This document shows positions 10,591 through 20,083 of a DNA stretch of 61,858 nucleotides, piece after piece. Position 1 is the first letter of the stretch. Every line of letters begins with the position of its first letter. The stretch spans positions 1 through 61,858 of IMG/VR virus record IMGVR_UViG_3300042901_000051; one strand, 5' to 3'. Under the pieces are notes generated by a model. That model was not told the DNA's origin and did not search any database. It saw nothing but the letters and a program-made list of their open reading frames with translations. The translations under genes and the position numbers were made by a program. The stretch comes from a virus (Duplodnaviria; Caudoviricetes).

Positions 10591-12097
10591 AGGACTTTTT
10601 CTTTGGCAAATAATTATCCGGATTAATTTGCTTTGGTGGCCTTGGTTTTCCTGTCTTAGCCTTGTCTACCCGCTTCATAAACTTATCTAGTTTATTAGCG
10701 CCTTTGTTTATATCTCCATCACCAAGTCGAGCCACGATGTTACGGGGTACATAGGCTTCTTCATTAGACACAAGTGCTTTACGTCGGCCTTCAATAGAAG
10801 TTGGGATAGAGTCGCTCATTCCATCACCTTTGCCTTTAATAGGCACCGCACCAAGTTTCTCTTGTAAATACTTTAGTCCCGCTTCCGAACTACCATTGCC
10901 TACGCCGTTTACAGTAGAGGCACGTAAAACAAATCCGCCGTCTTCAAGACCGCCGGTCTTATAGGCTTTCATCTTACCCATTTGTCCAGATTTTGACATT
11001 TCAGCCATCACCTGAAGAGGGCTTCCAGACTGAACAGGCATCGCAGGATTAGCACCACCCTTCATATTAATCATCTGCTGAAGTTGCTGCATGTAGTCGG
11101 TATACCCACCAGACAAACCACCTACATTGTATTTAGTCTGCCCACCGTCTTTTACATATAAAGCGTTTGGCTCGTAGTATGCAAATTCGCGGTCTACAGA
11201 TGGATCTGGATTTTCTCTAAAGTTCCGTTTGTAAGCCTCGGCTTTTGGGTACTTGCTGTGGTCAATTTCGGGTTTTTTATACGGTTCTTCCTCTTCTTGA
11301 GAGGCAAGTAGTACAGAGCCAGCCATTTTTGCTGTGCTCATAGGATCAGCCATAGCGGAAGAACCAAGACTTGAAATGCCTTCAGCAGTACCAAGCCTTT
11401 GAACACCCTTACCAATGTCGCTATATGTAGGTCTAAAGTCTGGGGTTCCTAAATTTGCAGGGGCAGCTTGTTGGGCGTTAAAAGCAGAAGTCCCATAATT
11501 TTCTGCAGCCAGCCTGTATGCTTCTGTACCCGGCGCCGCGCCGCCTGCTTGTTGGCTAATAAATGATTCCAACTGCCCGGGTTGTTGCGCTGCAAGAATT
11601 TGAGACCCGGTTACGTTTGTTGGCGCTATGCTAGGCAATACATCTGCACCTTGGTAACTAATACCTTGACTTAGATCTCCCATGGCTGCAGTTGGTCCCG
11701 CAGCATTTAAATTAGCGGCAGTAGCGTTGGCTACCCCTTGTTCAGCCCCCATAGTACCTAGACCAGAAGCGATATTAGCCCCACCATAGGCTCCAAGACC
11801 TGCTTGTAGCCCTTTCATTATGTTGCCAGTACGGGCGGTTTCTACACCCCCTACGATAAGCGCAGCAGATGCACCCCCTGTATAAGGAGCCAATGCCGCC
11901 CCGGCAATCATGGGTAGAAACCTACTAAAACTAAAGGCTTCGGGTAAACCCGTAGATGGGTTAACTGTCAATTTTGTCCCGTATTTGCCGCCTAGATACT
12001 GAAGTCCGGCAACTTCTTTAGGGCTGACATGCATCAGCATTGTGTCGCCATAGCGACCCTTGCTGGCAAGTTGTTGAGCGGTCTGTTTATAGTTCAT
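10583..12097 (-). CDS. Putative internal virion/ejection protein
   Basis: 504 aa; GRYGDTMLMHVSP, VNPSTGLPEAF and GKGDGMSDSIP...VSNEEAYVP motifs seen in phage virion proteins. Confidence 0.6.
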   Translation of the reverse strand: MNYKQTAQQLASKGRYGDTMLMHVSPKEVAGLQYLGGKYGTKLTVNPSTGLPEAFSFSRFLPMIAGAALAPYTGGASAALIVGGVETARTGNIMKGLQAGLGAYGGANIASGLGTMGAEQGVANATAANLNAAGPTAAMGDLSQGISYQGADVLPSIAPTNVTGSQILAAQQPGQLESFISQQAGGAAPGTEAYRLAAENYGTSAFNAQQAAPANLGTPDFRPTYSDIGKGVQRLGTAEGISSLGSSAMADPMSTAKMAGSVLLASQEEEEPYKKPEIDHSKYPKAEAYKRNFRENPDPSVDREFAYYEPNALYVKDGGQTKYNVGGLSGGYTDYMQQLQQMINMKGGANPAMPVQSGSPLQVMAEMSKSGQMGKMKAYKTGGLEDGGFVLRASTVNGVGNGSSEAGLKYLQEKLGAVPIKGKGDGMSDSIPTSIEGRRKALVSNEEAYVPRNIVARLGDGDINKGANKLDKFMKRVDKAKTGKPRPPKQINPDNYLPKKKSYA

Positions 12098-12129
12098 ATC
12101 GAGATTATCCTGAATTTGTCAAGTCAAGT

Positions 12130-12810
12130 CTACGGGTTAATTGCGGAAACATAGGTTATAGAGCCAATTGCCGACGGTATGGCTGGTCGGGCATAGGGAG
12201 TGGTTTGAACTGGGTCATGGAGCATATAGACCCCATCGGTTGCTGGAGAAGTGGCGTAGGCTTGGTCAGTAGCCCAATACAGTTTTATCTCATCGCCCAC
12301 TTCAACCTCAAAAGTAATTTCAGAGTAGGCCGAAAGGTAACTAGGAACACCTGCACTTTTACGGGCTGGTACAGAAAATGTTGTAGTTGAATTTGATACG
12401 TCTACGTTATTTACTTTCATCCAAACTACCGCATCGTGAACAGCATTACCAGTATTAACAAGTTGTAGGCGATACGTAATTTTATACACCCCAGCCACAT
12501 CAGCCGTAGCCGACCCGGGCGCATTAAGCGTCCAGAGATAACCAGAATCTAATGTATTCCATTTAACCAAAGTAGCCGTATTGCTTGCCGTGGCTAACTG
12601 ATCTGTAGAATCTGATGCGGCTATGTGGGGAAAAGTGATGCCATTACCACCAACCCCGCCATTTAAAGCGTCAAGAATTGTGGTTTGGAAGTAATTATCT
12701 AGTAGATTAAAGTAAAGACGCAAAATACGAATTAAATCCGTATCATATTTTTGATCATATTCAATTGGAGGTACAGGTAGCGCGGGGGCTACGAACTTCT
12801 TACCAATCAT
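12130..12810 (-). CDS. Putative tail needle/knob-like structural protein
   Basis: Follows nozzle gene; N-terminal LPVPPIEYD helix and beta-rich C-terminal domain. Confidence 0.45.
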   Translation of the reverse strand: MIGKKFVAPALPVPPIEYDQKYDTDLIRILRLYFNLLDNYFQTTILDALNGGVGGNGITFPHIAASDSTDQLATASNTATLVKWNTLDSGYLWTLNAPGSATADVAGVYKITYRLQLVNTGNAVHDAVVWMKVNNVDVSNSTTTFSVPARKSAGVPSYLSAYSEITFEVEVGDEIKLYWATDQAYATSPATDGVYMLHDPVQTTPYARPAIPSAIGSITYVSAINP

Positions 12811-14720
12811 CGCTTACCATCCGGGCGAACATCAATACGTGGACTACCTAACTGCCATTGAACACCTAAGTCTGTGGATTGAATTTTGAGCGCCATCTGA
12901 CGGGCACGGGCACGTACAAATACCTGATCCGTATATTGACCTACTGATGTTTCAATTACCGGCTGGCTATCAGCAGGATCGCTAGTAAATGCAGAACCCG
13001 GAAAATTACGAGGCCGTATCTGTAGAGTTACCTCAGCGTTATTAGCCGTAGAACCGTTAAAGTTAACGTCTGGAATCATTCGTCGTGTCAACATAAACTG
13101 TTCACCATCTTCTAGATCAATGTCTGAAGACTGAATATAAGAATTCATTGGCAAAACATCATCATTAACACCAGACTCATGGTTATATAAATAGCCTGTA
13201 GTTGAGTTCTGTGCAGTCGATACTGCTTGTGGCAATGGTCTTAAGGCGCTATCTAACCAAGCCGTGCGTTCAATAGTTCCGTAGTACCAGACTCTTTCTA
13301 AATGGTTATAAACCACATACCGATCATTCCAGTTAGATTGGGCACTTGGATAGAACCACCAGATTTCGTTATAACCCTCATTTGTTCCACATACGATTTG
13401 ATCCGCTTGGTTGTAGTTTAGATCTAAAAATACATAGTTACGTAATGTACAAGGCAGCGTCTCAACTCGACCTGAGTAAGCATAGAATTTATCCTGACCC
13501 ATCCAATAAACTACGTTATTTGCGGCTACACAACATCTTGGGCCAATAATTGATATGTTATCTGCTAGTTCTTGTAGGCTAAATACATCTGTAGTACCAG
13601 TAAACTGTAGCGAATAAAGATTTGAGTTAGTCCAAATTAAAATTTCCTGCCGTGTAGCAAGAGCACGAATAATTTGTGAACCTCGTGAAATTCTTAAAAA
13701 TCCCGCAGAGTTGGTAGGTGAAGGCGTCCAGTTGCCCGGATCATCCTGATTAGCCCACCTAATAAGAAGGGGATCAAAATCAGCCACACTAGTAGAACCA
13801 TAAGGCACACACCCAAAAGCGAGAAGATGTTTATCGTTCTGTGATACAAGAATTTGCATGGCTTGGACGGGGACATCAGTTGCTCCTGCTAGGTCTTCTA
13901 AAAGAAAAGCCGGTGTAGCCAAGGCTGTGCTTGGGTCTACCGAACTACCACGTTCCCAGTAATAAATTGGTCCATCACGGTAGTTCATTACTAAGTCGTT
14001 ATCAAAGTTATCAAACCACCAATCTCGTTGTGGTAAAAATACAGGCTCTACAGAACCAACGCCCCAAGCACGAGACGGCGGATCTCCACCCCAGACACTT
14101 GTACCCCAACCATAACCAGCCGTTAATGCCGCATTGCCGGGTTCAATTTGGAAAGTAACGTTTATTGATGTACCACCGGCACTGGAAACGGTCGCATTAG
14201 CCGACGTAGCAACCGTTACGCTAAAGGCATTGGCATTAATAACTGTGGCTGTGTGTTCGGCATTTATTTCTGTTACTGGGATACCCCCTATATTTACCGG
14301 AGATCCTGAACCTGCTACTCCAGAAATAGTTACATAGTCTCCATCTGCCGCCCCATGAGCATCAATAGCCACAATTACTACAGGCGAGGTATTTGTAGTA
14401 GATATGCAGTTATCTGTATCAGGAGTGGCAAAAGTTGCCCTTATTGGGGTAATGTCATAGAAGTTACCACCAGCCTCAATATAAACTTTTAAATTTGTCC
14501 CAATGGCTAAGAAATTATCAGTAAAGGATGTAATCCATCCAAACATCTGACGGCACACCCCAAGAAAAGTATTTTGACCCACCTTTAACCAGCCGCCAAC
14601 CTTTTCAGGATAGCCAGACCTAAACCGAATCTTGTCGCACTCGTACCAGCCACCCTCGTTTGAGTAGTTGGTCTGATCCCGGTTTATCCCCGGTTTAAAT
14701 TGAAGTTTTATAAATGGCAT
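12807..14720 (-). CDS. Tail nozzle / packaged DNA stabilization protein (P22 gp10 / tubular protein B-like)
   Basis: 637 aa, beta-propeller-like Trp/Asp/Gly repeats (LLIRWANQDDP, VYWMGQDKFY, NEIWWFYP); position. Confidence 0.7.
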   Translation of the reverse strand: MPFIKLQFKPGINRDQTNYSNEGGWYECDKIRFRSGYPEKVGGWLKVGQNTFLGVCRQMFGWITSFTDNFLAIGTNLKVYIEAGGNFYDITPIRATFATPDTDNCISTTNTSPVVIVAIDAHGAADGDYVTISGVAGSGSPVNIGGIPVTEINAEHTATVINANAFSVTVATSANATVSSAGGTSINVTFQIEPGNAALTAGYGWGTSVWGGDPPSRAWGVGSVEPVFLPQRDWWFDNFDNDLVMNYRDGPIYYWERGSSVDPSTALATPAFLLEDLAGATDVPVQAMQILVSQNDKHLLAFGCVPYGSTSVADFDPLLIRWANQDDPGNWTPSPTNSAGFLRISRGSQIIRALATRQEILIWTNSNLYSLQFTGTTDVFSLQELADNISIIGPRCCVAANNVVYWMGQDKFYAYSGRVETLPCTLRNYVFLDLNYNQADQIVCGTNEGYNEIWWFYPSAQSNWNDRYVVYNHLERVWYYGTIERTAWLDSALRPLPQAVSTAQNSTTGYLYNHESGVNDDVLPMNSYIQSSDIDLEDGEQFMLTRRMIPDVNFNGSTANNAEVTLQIRPRNFPGSAFTSDPADSQPVIETSVGQYTDQVFVRARARQMALKIQSTDLGVQWQLGSPRIDVRPDGKR

Positions 14721-14730
14721 GACGTACCTT

Positions 14731-15195
14731 CTAGGCTACAAGCCCCGGCAGATATACCGTTTTACCGTCCCGCTTAGTAGCAGTCAAGTTCTGCTTCTTT
14801 AAATTAGCGGGGTCGTAGGAAACATGCACCCAACCCGAATCTGGCACGCCGGGGGTGTAGAACTCAAGGATTAACTGGGTGTACTCAAGGTTGTCCATAA
14901 TCCACACGGCTAAGTCCGCGTTGGCAATACCGGGAATCTCAATGTCAGCGGCTTGTCCTTTACAATGGTCGGACGTTTTGGAGCCTCCCACCTTTGCGTT
15001 GACTTCGGGATGTCGGAACCCTGAGTTGACCTTGACTCCGGTTTGAAAGTGGTCACGGACGGGCTGGAGTACCTTTTCGCAGAGTGTTTTAAGATTAGCA
15101 ATCTCAGCCTCCCCCGGTGTGTTGTCCATATCATGCCGCAGTGCAGTATCAGACTTCACCATCTCGGCAAGAGAAAAGTTAGCGGTCAAGTTCAT
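14731..15195 (-). CDS. Endolysin, peptidase M15A family
   Basis: NSGFR, SKTSDHCKGQAADI and WVHVSY zinc-ligand motifs. Confidence 0.9.
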   Translation of the reverse strand: MNLTANFSLAEMVKSDTALRHDMDNTPGEAEIANLKTLCEKVLQPVRDHFQTGVKVNSGFRHPEVNAKVGGSKTSDHCKGQAADIEIPGIANADLAVWIMDNLEYTQLILEFYTPGVPDSGWVHVSYDPANLKKQNLTATKRDGKTVYLPGLVA

Positions 15196-15590
15196 TTCTT
15201 GGCCTTCATATCCATGATCTTCTCAAGGGTGCGCCCACCAAAGTAGAACGACATAATTAACATCCCCCACTGGCCCAAGAGTTCTACATAGTTATTGTTT
15301 ACCTCAATCTCCCAAGCGGACATCATCCCAAATACGGTGTAGGTCAGCAAAATAAAGATTAGCGTCATAGGCCGGATGTTCTTAGATAACCATGAGTCCG
15401 ACTTCATATCGGCTTCAGCCCGTTTGGTCAAGTTATCCTGCTCATTCATGTCGGCTTGGAGTTTGGCAAGTTCGCCCTTTTGTTGCATCTCTAAAAGCAT
15501 AGCCTGCGCTTTGGCCCGTGCCTCTGGGTCAGGCAGAACCTTGTCCAGAACCTTTTCCCCTATACTTAGTAATGCGGCTATAGGTAACAT
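15192..15590 (-). CDS. Holin-like protein (3TM / GTA-release type)
   Basis: KVLPDP N-terminus, DSWLSKNIRP, two hydrophobic segments, FYFGGRTLEK; adjacent to endolysin. Confidence 0.75.
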   Translation of the reverse strand: MLPIAALLSIGEKVLDKVLPDPEARAKAQAMLLEMQQKGELAKLQADMNEQDNLTKRAEADMKSDSWLSKNIRPMTLIFILLTYTVFGMMSAWEIEVNNNYVELLGQWGMLIMSFYFGGRTLEKIMDMKAKK

Positions 15591-16204
15591 TATTTCTTAC
15601 TCCTTGAAAGCATGGTTGCGGCGATATTAAGCATCGCCCGGGTTTGATCTAAATCAGCGGGAGGAGTTGCCCATCCCACCGTAATCTGTCCTATAAACCG
15701 GCTAGGCTCAGGCGGGATACTGATTCGACACCCAAACCGCATACCCTTATCTATATACCAAAGGCCAATCTCTGACTGTGCTGCCTTGTATTCACTGCAT
15801 GGTACGTTGCCTGCCATGAGGTCTACTACGTCCTGATTATTGGATTGGTTAGCGGTAAAAAGTCCTACATCCAACCCGTCGTTAGTCTTGTCCCTACCTT
15901 CTTTGGTGTATGCCCGATACTGCACTCGGGTTCCAAGCAGGGGGTTGACCTTAAATATCGCCACGGTAGTAGCACTCGTGGTCTTAAATATGTGGGATAC
16001 GGCATCATCCACACGGTCTTCAACAATCTCGGGGAGTTTCTGGCTTTCCTTATAGGTGCCTACGATTAAGTCTTTGTTGTCGTACAGCATCCAACCGCCA
16101 AAGGCCAGCACCGCCATGAGAATCAGGGCAAAGAGTTTAAACGGCGAGTCAACATACGCCAACACTTTAGACAGCGTGTCGTTAGCGTTTAGTTTCTCAG
16201 CCAT
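15590..16204 (-). CDS. Single-TM protein resembling T4 holin T (class III, periplasmic GAF-like domain)
   Basis: Likely start MAEKLN at 16204; one TM segment then soluble domain with AIFKVNP, FIGQITVGW and IAATMLSRSKK; in lysis cassette. Confidence 0.55.
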   Translation of the reverse strand: MAEKLNANDTLSKVLAYVDSPFKLFALILMAVLAFGGWMLYDNKDLIVGTYKESQKLPEIVEDRVDDAVSHIFKTTSATTVAIFKVNPLLGTRVQYRAYTKEGRDKTNDGLDVGLFTANQSNNQDVVDLMAGNVPCSEYKAAQSEIGLWYIDKGMRFGCRISIPPEPSRFIGQITVGWATPPADLDQTRAMLNIAATMLSRSKK

Positions 16205-16662
16205 TACAGATGACCCTTCATAATGTAATAAATTGTAACCACCAAAAACGCCAGCATCACACAAATAATCTGCAACTCCCGCATCTTCGCTACATCCCTG
16301 CCCAGTGCATCTTTACTTTTGGCATAACGGGCAATCATGTCCTCTTTAATCTTCTTGACCTTCTCAAACTCTTCTTCACCTTTAAAGTGCCCAAACTGCT
16401 GAACCAGAAAATCTCGTACTTCTAACTCCATGCGGCGTATCTGATCTAGCCTGCGCCATTCCGCCATAGCGGTCATGATTGTTATTTCACCTTCAGTATT
16501 CTTACGTACATTCTTAAAAGCATGACGGGCTTTGACCTCCGCCATACCAAAATTCTGAATCGACTCAACGGCTGAACTTATCTCCTTACCCGATTGGATA
16601 GCAGATTTAATGCTCTGGGTTGCCGCCTTGGCGGTACCGATAATCGGATCTAGATCTGACAT
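16204..16662 (-). CDS. Hypothetical protein with C-terminal TM helix (lysis cassette)
   Basis: 152 aa helical protein ending IICVMLAFLVVTIYYIM. Confidence 0.6.
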   Translation of the reverse strand: MSDLDPIIGTAKAATQSIKSAIQSGKEISSAVESIQNFGMAEVKARHAFKNVRKNTEGEITIMTAMAEWRRLDQIRRMELEVRDFLVQQFGHFKGEEEFEKVKKIKEDMIARYAKSKDALGRDVAKMRELQIICVMLAFLVVTIYYIMKGHL

Positions 16663-16665
16663 ACA

Positions 16666-16881
16666 TTATTTTCCCCAGACCGTAGCCCCAGCCTTTGGTA
16701 CCGAAGTTGCCCAGATTGATACAGACTGCTTTAAACGAAGCGGCGCACCACAATCAGAGCAGGTATCTGCCTCCAACTCATGCTCGTCTAAGTCGTATCC
16801 ACAAGAGGCGCATACTTGTGTGATTTCGGTTTGAGGGTGCTTAACGCCATCAATCTTTTGGGCTTCAAATAATCTTTTCAT
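16666..16881 (-). CDS. Small zinc-ribbon protein
   Basis: CASC...CSDC; tight spacing with neighbours. Confidence 0.6.
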   Translation of the reverse strand: MKRLFEAQKIDGVKHPQTEITQVCASCGYDLDEHELEADTCSDCGAPLRLKQSVSIWATSVPKAGATVWGK

Positions 16882-16889
16882 AGTTATCC

Positions 16890-17672
16890 TTAAACGGTTG
16901 GCCCGTTAATTGTTCCAGTCACGATGTAGTTAACCAAAGAATTTCCAGAGATAGAAGTACCGGCTGCACCGCCTGCTCCCCCCGCACCTCCGCCTGTCGA
17001 ACCTGCTGTACCATATCCACCACCATTACCCCCGGGGCCTGCACTTGGGCTACCAATAGCGCCGCCTGTTCCAGCCGTTGTAAGAGTTCCAGCAGTACCG
17101 GGTGAACCTGTTCCTCCGCCACCAAATCCAGATACTCCATTACCACCTGAGCCATTTCCTATACCACCACCGCCACCACCACCCCCTGTTCCGCCACCGG
17201 GGTATGCAAATGAACTACCACCGCCACCACCGCCACCACCACCAGCGATTCGGTTGTTATTGGTTAGATTTACGGTAATTGTTGTAGTTAATGCATTACC
17301 ACCCGCAGTTCCTGCAAATCCGGCAACAGATGCCGTCGGGGGTGGGTAAGGACTTCCACCATTACCACCATTACCGCCCCTGCCTAAGATGATCCCATTG
17401 TTAGTTAGATTAAGGCGGCTACCTGAAGGGTATGAAGTTCCCGTTGTAAACGCAGGGGTCGATGTTGAAGCTGAGTAGACCGTAACCCCATTATTAATAG
17501 TCACATAAGCATCGAGTGGCGTTATTTGATTCCAGCCAGCCGCAACAGCCTCAGCCCTAAGATTGTAATTTATATAATTTGAAGAAATAGTCGCTGTAAA
17601 TTTAAAGAAACCCCTAGCCGTGAGACCAAAGCCCCTAGCCGCTGCCGCTCCAACTGTACTAAGAACTGGCAT
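16890..17672 (-). CDS. Glycine-rich fibre tip / receptor-binding protein
   Basis: LNLTNNGIILGRGGNGG and IAGGGGGGG polyglycine pattern reminiscent of T-even gp38-type adhesins. Confidence 0.65.
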   Translation of the reverse strand: MPVLSTVGAAAARGFGLTARGFFKFTATISSNYINYNLRAEAVAAGWNQITPLDAYVTINNGVTVYSASTSTPAFTTGTSYPSGSRLNLTNNGIILGRGGNGGNGGSPYPPPTASVAGFAGTAGGNALTTTITVNLTNNNRIAGGGGGGGGGSSFAYPGGGTGGGGGGGGIGNGSGGNGVSGFGGGGTGSPGTAGTLTTAGTGGAIGSPSAGPGGNGGGYGTAGSTGGGAGGAGGAAGTSISGNSLVNYIVTGTINGPTV

Positions 17673-17681
17673 CTTTAATCC

Positions 17682-18677
17682 TTACGCAAACTGAGACAGG
17701 GACGCAAAAACAGTAAATGTTGCATTTGCGGTCTTAACAATTGTGTAACTGTAGACATCAACCCCGCTGGCATTGCCCGCAGTCGGTGCAGACCCACCCT
17801 GCCATTTTGGAGTAACCGAACTACCGTCAACCTGTACAGCAGAGTTATAGTAAGCAACTGTGGTTTGGGTGGCAAAGAACACTACCGTCATTGACTCACC
17901 GGTACTCATAACTGAGTTAAGCGACGTAGAGCCGTCACCCCGGAAGTTCAATGTCCAGTTGCCTGTAGAGTTAAATGTGTAATACAGGACGGATTGAGTA
18001 AGGATGTCGAAGTTAACCGTACCGGTTGCCGCAGTGCCAGATATTGTGACCTTCTCTTTAATATTCTGGGTTTTAACAGCGGCTGTTGTAGCCGAACCAG
18101 AAAAGGACTGAAGTTCTGTAAAAGTTTGGGCTACGTTAGTAAATACTGCATTTGCGTTATAAGCCTGTACATTTACCCCAATCTCAAGACCAAGGGCTGT
18201 ACGAGCCGCCGATGCAGTATTACTCCCGGTTCCACCAGATGCCACGGGAAGTGCCGTAGCAAGGGTTAGATTACGTAAGTGAGTGATTGCATCCGTACAA
18301 TCAGTGCCATTGTTATACACAAACATAGTCTTACCGGCAGGGACAGCAACCCCGGTTTGTCCTGATACTTTGATTGTGATGGTATCGGCGCAACCGTTGT
18401 TTACTATGTACAACTTTTCAATGGCTGGGACAACAAGATCTTGAGCGCCACCGGAAGTACCAACTAGGTTTAAACGGAGGTTACGAGCCGTCTGGCTTGA
18501 GTTCGTATTCGTAAGAGTCAGGGTCACAGTGGCACTAGAAAAGGTCACATCAGCCGACCCAGTAATGGCCTCTTCTATGGCTGTCCCTAAATTAGTATTA
18601 GTGACCGTACCCCACGTCGTGGCGTTTTCACCTGTGGTCATTAATTGAATTTTTAAATTACTGTATGTACTAGCCAT
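17682..18677 (-). CDS. Tail fibre/structural protein
   Basis: Thr-rich; GENATTWGTVTNTNL N-terminus, ALPVASGGTG motif, KWQGGSAPT...DVYSY C-terminal domain. Confidence 0.65.
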   Translation of the reverse strand: MASTYSNLKIQLMTTGENATTWGTVTNTNLGTAIEEAITGSADVTFSSATVTLTLTNTNSSQTARNLRLNLVGTSGGAQDLVVPAIEKLYIVNNGCADTITIKVSGQTGVAVPAGKTMFVYNNGTDCTDAITHLRNLTLATALPVASGGTGSNTASAARTALGLEIGVNVQAYNANAVFTNVAQTFTELQSFSGSATTAAVKTQNIKEKVTISGTAATGTVNFDILTQSVLYYTFNSTGNWTLNFRGDGSTSLNSVMSTGESMTVVFFATQTTVAYYNSAVQVDGSSVTPKWQGGSAPTAGNASGVDVYSYTIVKTANATFTVFASLSQFA

Positions 18678-18686
18678 GTTTTGTCC

Positions 18687-19859
18687 TTATGTTGGGATTT
18701 GTACCCAAAGTACGGTATTTCCGTCATTTACCTGCACCCAGTTGCTTGTCTGGGAATCGTTCACATTTTGCCAGTTAGGGGTCTGATTGTCATCTATCAA
18801 GCCCCATACGAGGGTTGAAGAGACGGTACATTGGGCCGAAACCCCTGTTGGGAATACTTTACAAGTACCCCTTGCAATAACTGTTACGTTGTCTATATTA
18901 CAAACTGCTATAACCCCAGACACCACGACATTGGCATCGGCTTGAGCCTCTTCCTGACCCAGAGCCGTATCGCCCTGAACCCCAGCCGGGTAGACCCAGC
19001 CTTTGCCAGACACCCCAACCGAATTAAGCAGCCCTGAACCCTGTACCCCGGTTACATATACCTTAGTTTCTGTCGCTACGTCTTCTTGACCAAGTTGGGT
19101 CTGGCCTTGGACTCCGGTAACAAATACGTTAACCCCAGCACGGCTAACAACCGTCCCTACCTGACCCGTGCCCTGAAGCCCAAATACCGGCGCATTAGCC
19201 GCCCCACGGACTTGGAAGCCATTACCCGTATATACGACACCAAGACCGCTAACCCCGATGAGGTTTACAACAGCACCACCTTGTTCGTCGGTATTGCCAA
19301 GGGCGCCTGTAGCCTGAACCCCAGTTAGGAAGACATTAGCCTTACCCCTAACGGTAGTCGTCCCTACCTCACCCGTACCTTCAACGCCCGTTACGTTGAC
19401 ACTAATGCCAATACGAACGATACCTACTTGGCCCTGACCCTGAACCCCAGTAACTGTGACATTAGCCTTAGCGGATACAGATTCTTGCCCAATCTCGATA
19501 ACTGCCTGAACACCTGCCGGGGTTGAGTTTTTGTCAGCAGAAACACCAACTGCGTCTACAAAGGCAGTAGCAACAACCCCCGTTGGGTATACGTTAGCCT
19601 CACCTACAACCGAAACGGTGCCAGTCTGCCCTGTGCCCTGAACCCCGGTAACGGTGGTATTGATGTCGCCTGATACATCTGCCGTACCAACTTGGCCTGC
19701 GGCCTCGACCCCGGTTACAAAGACATTTGCTTTGCCTGTGACGGTTACAGCGCCAACAGCACCGGTAGCCTCAACCCCAGTGACATTTACATTAACGGGT
19801 ATTTTTATTACGCCGACATCTGCAAATGGCGCACCCGCAAAAGGGAAGAGGCCAAACAT
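18687..19859 (-). CDS. Val/Gly-repeat structural (fibre shaft-like) protein
   Basis: About 15 imperfect ~20-24 aa repeats of ANVxVTGVxAxGxVG. Confidence 0.7.
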   Translation of the reverse strand: MFGLFPFAGAPFADVGVIKIPVNVNVTGVEATGAVGAVTVTGKANVFVTGVEAAGQVGTADVSGDINTTVTGVQGTGQTGTVSVVGEANVYPTGVVATAFVDAVGVSADKNSTPAGVQAVIEIGQESVSAKANVTVTGVQGQGQVGIVRIGISVNVTGVEGTGEVGTTTVRGKANVFLTGVQATGALGNTDEQGGAVVNLIGVSGLGVVYTGNGFQVRGAANAPVFGLQGTGQVGTVVSRAGVNVFVTGVQGQTQLGQEDVATETKVYVTGVQGSGLLNSVGVSGKGWVYPAGVQGDTALGQEEAQADANVVVSGVIAVCNIDNVTVIARGTCKVFPTGVSAQCTVSSTLVWGLIDDNQTPNWQNVNDSQTSNWVQVNDGNTVLWVQIPT

Positions 19860-19872
19860 TTTTTAGGTCATT

Positions 19873-20082
19873 TCAAGGTAGCGTAGCGATAAAAGCCTGT
19901 GCGGCTTCGGGTGACATCACATTACCATCTGCGTCTTGTAGTTCTGCGCCTTCTAAGATGTCGGTTTTGAAATGTTGGTAGTCTGTGTTATCTGGAGCAA
20001 ATGGGATGATTGCGTTGTCGAATATTCGTTTTGTACACGAAATAGTCCCACTAGAAAACATTGGCGTTACAAGTGCGTACAT
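19873..20082 (-). CDS. Small fibre-partner/chaperone-like protein
   Basis: Likely start MYALV at 20082; IPFAPDNTDYQ motif; directly follows 379 aa fibre gene. Confidence 0.55.
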   Translation of the reverse strand: MYALVTPMFSSGTISCTKRIFDNAIIPFAPDNTDYQHFKTDILEGAELQDADGNVMSPEAAQAFIATLP

Positions 20083-20083
20083 T

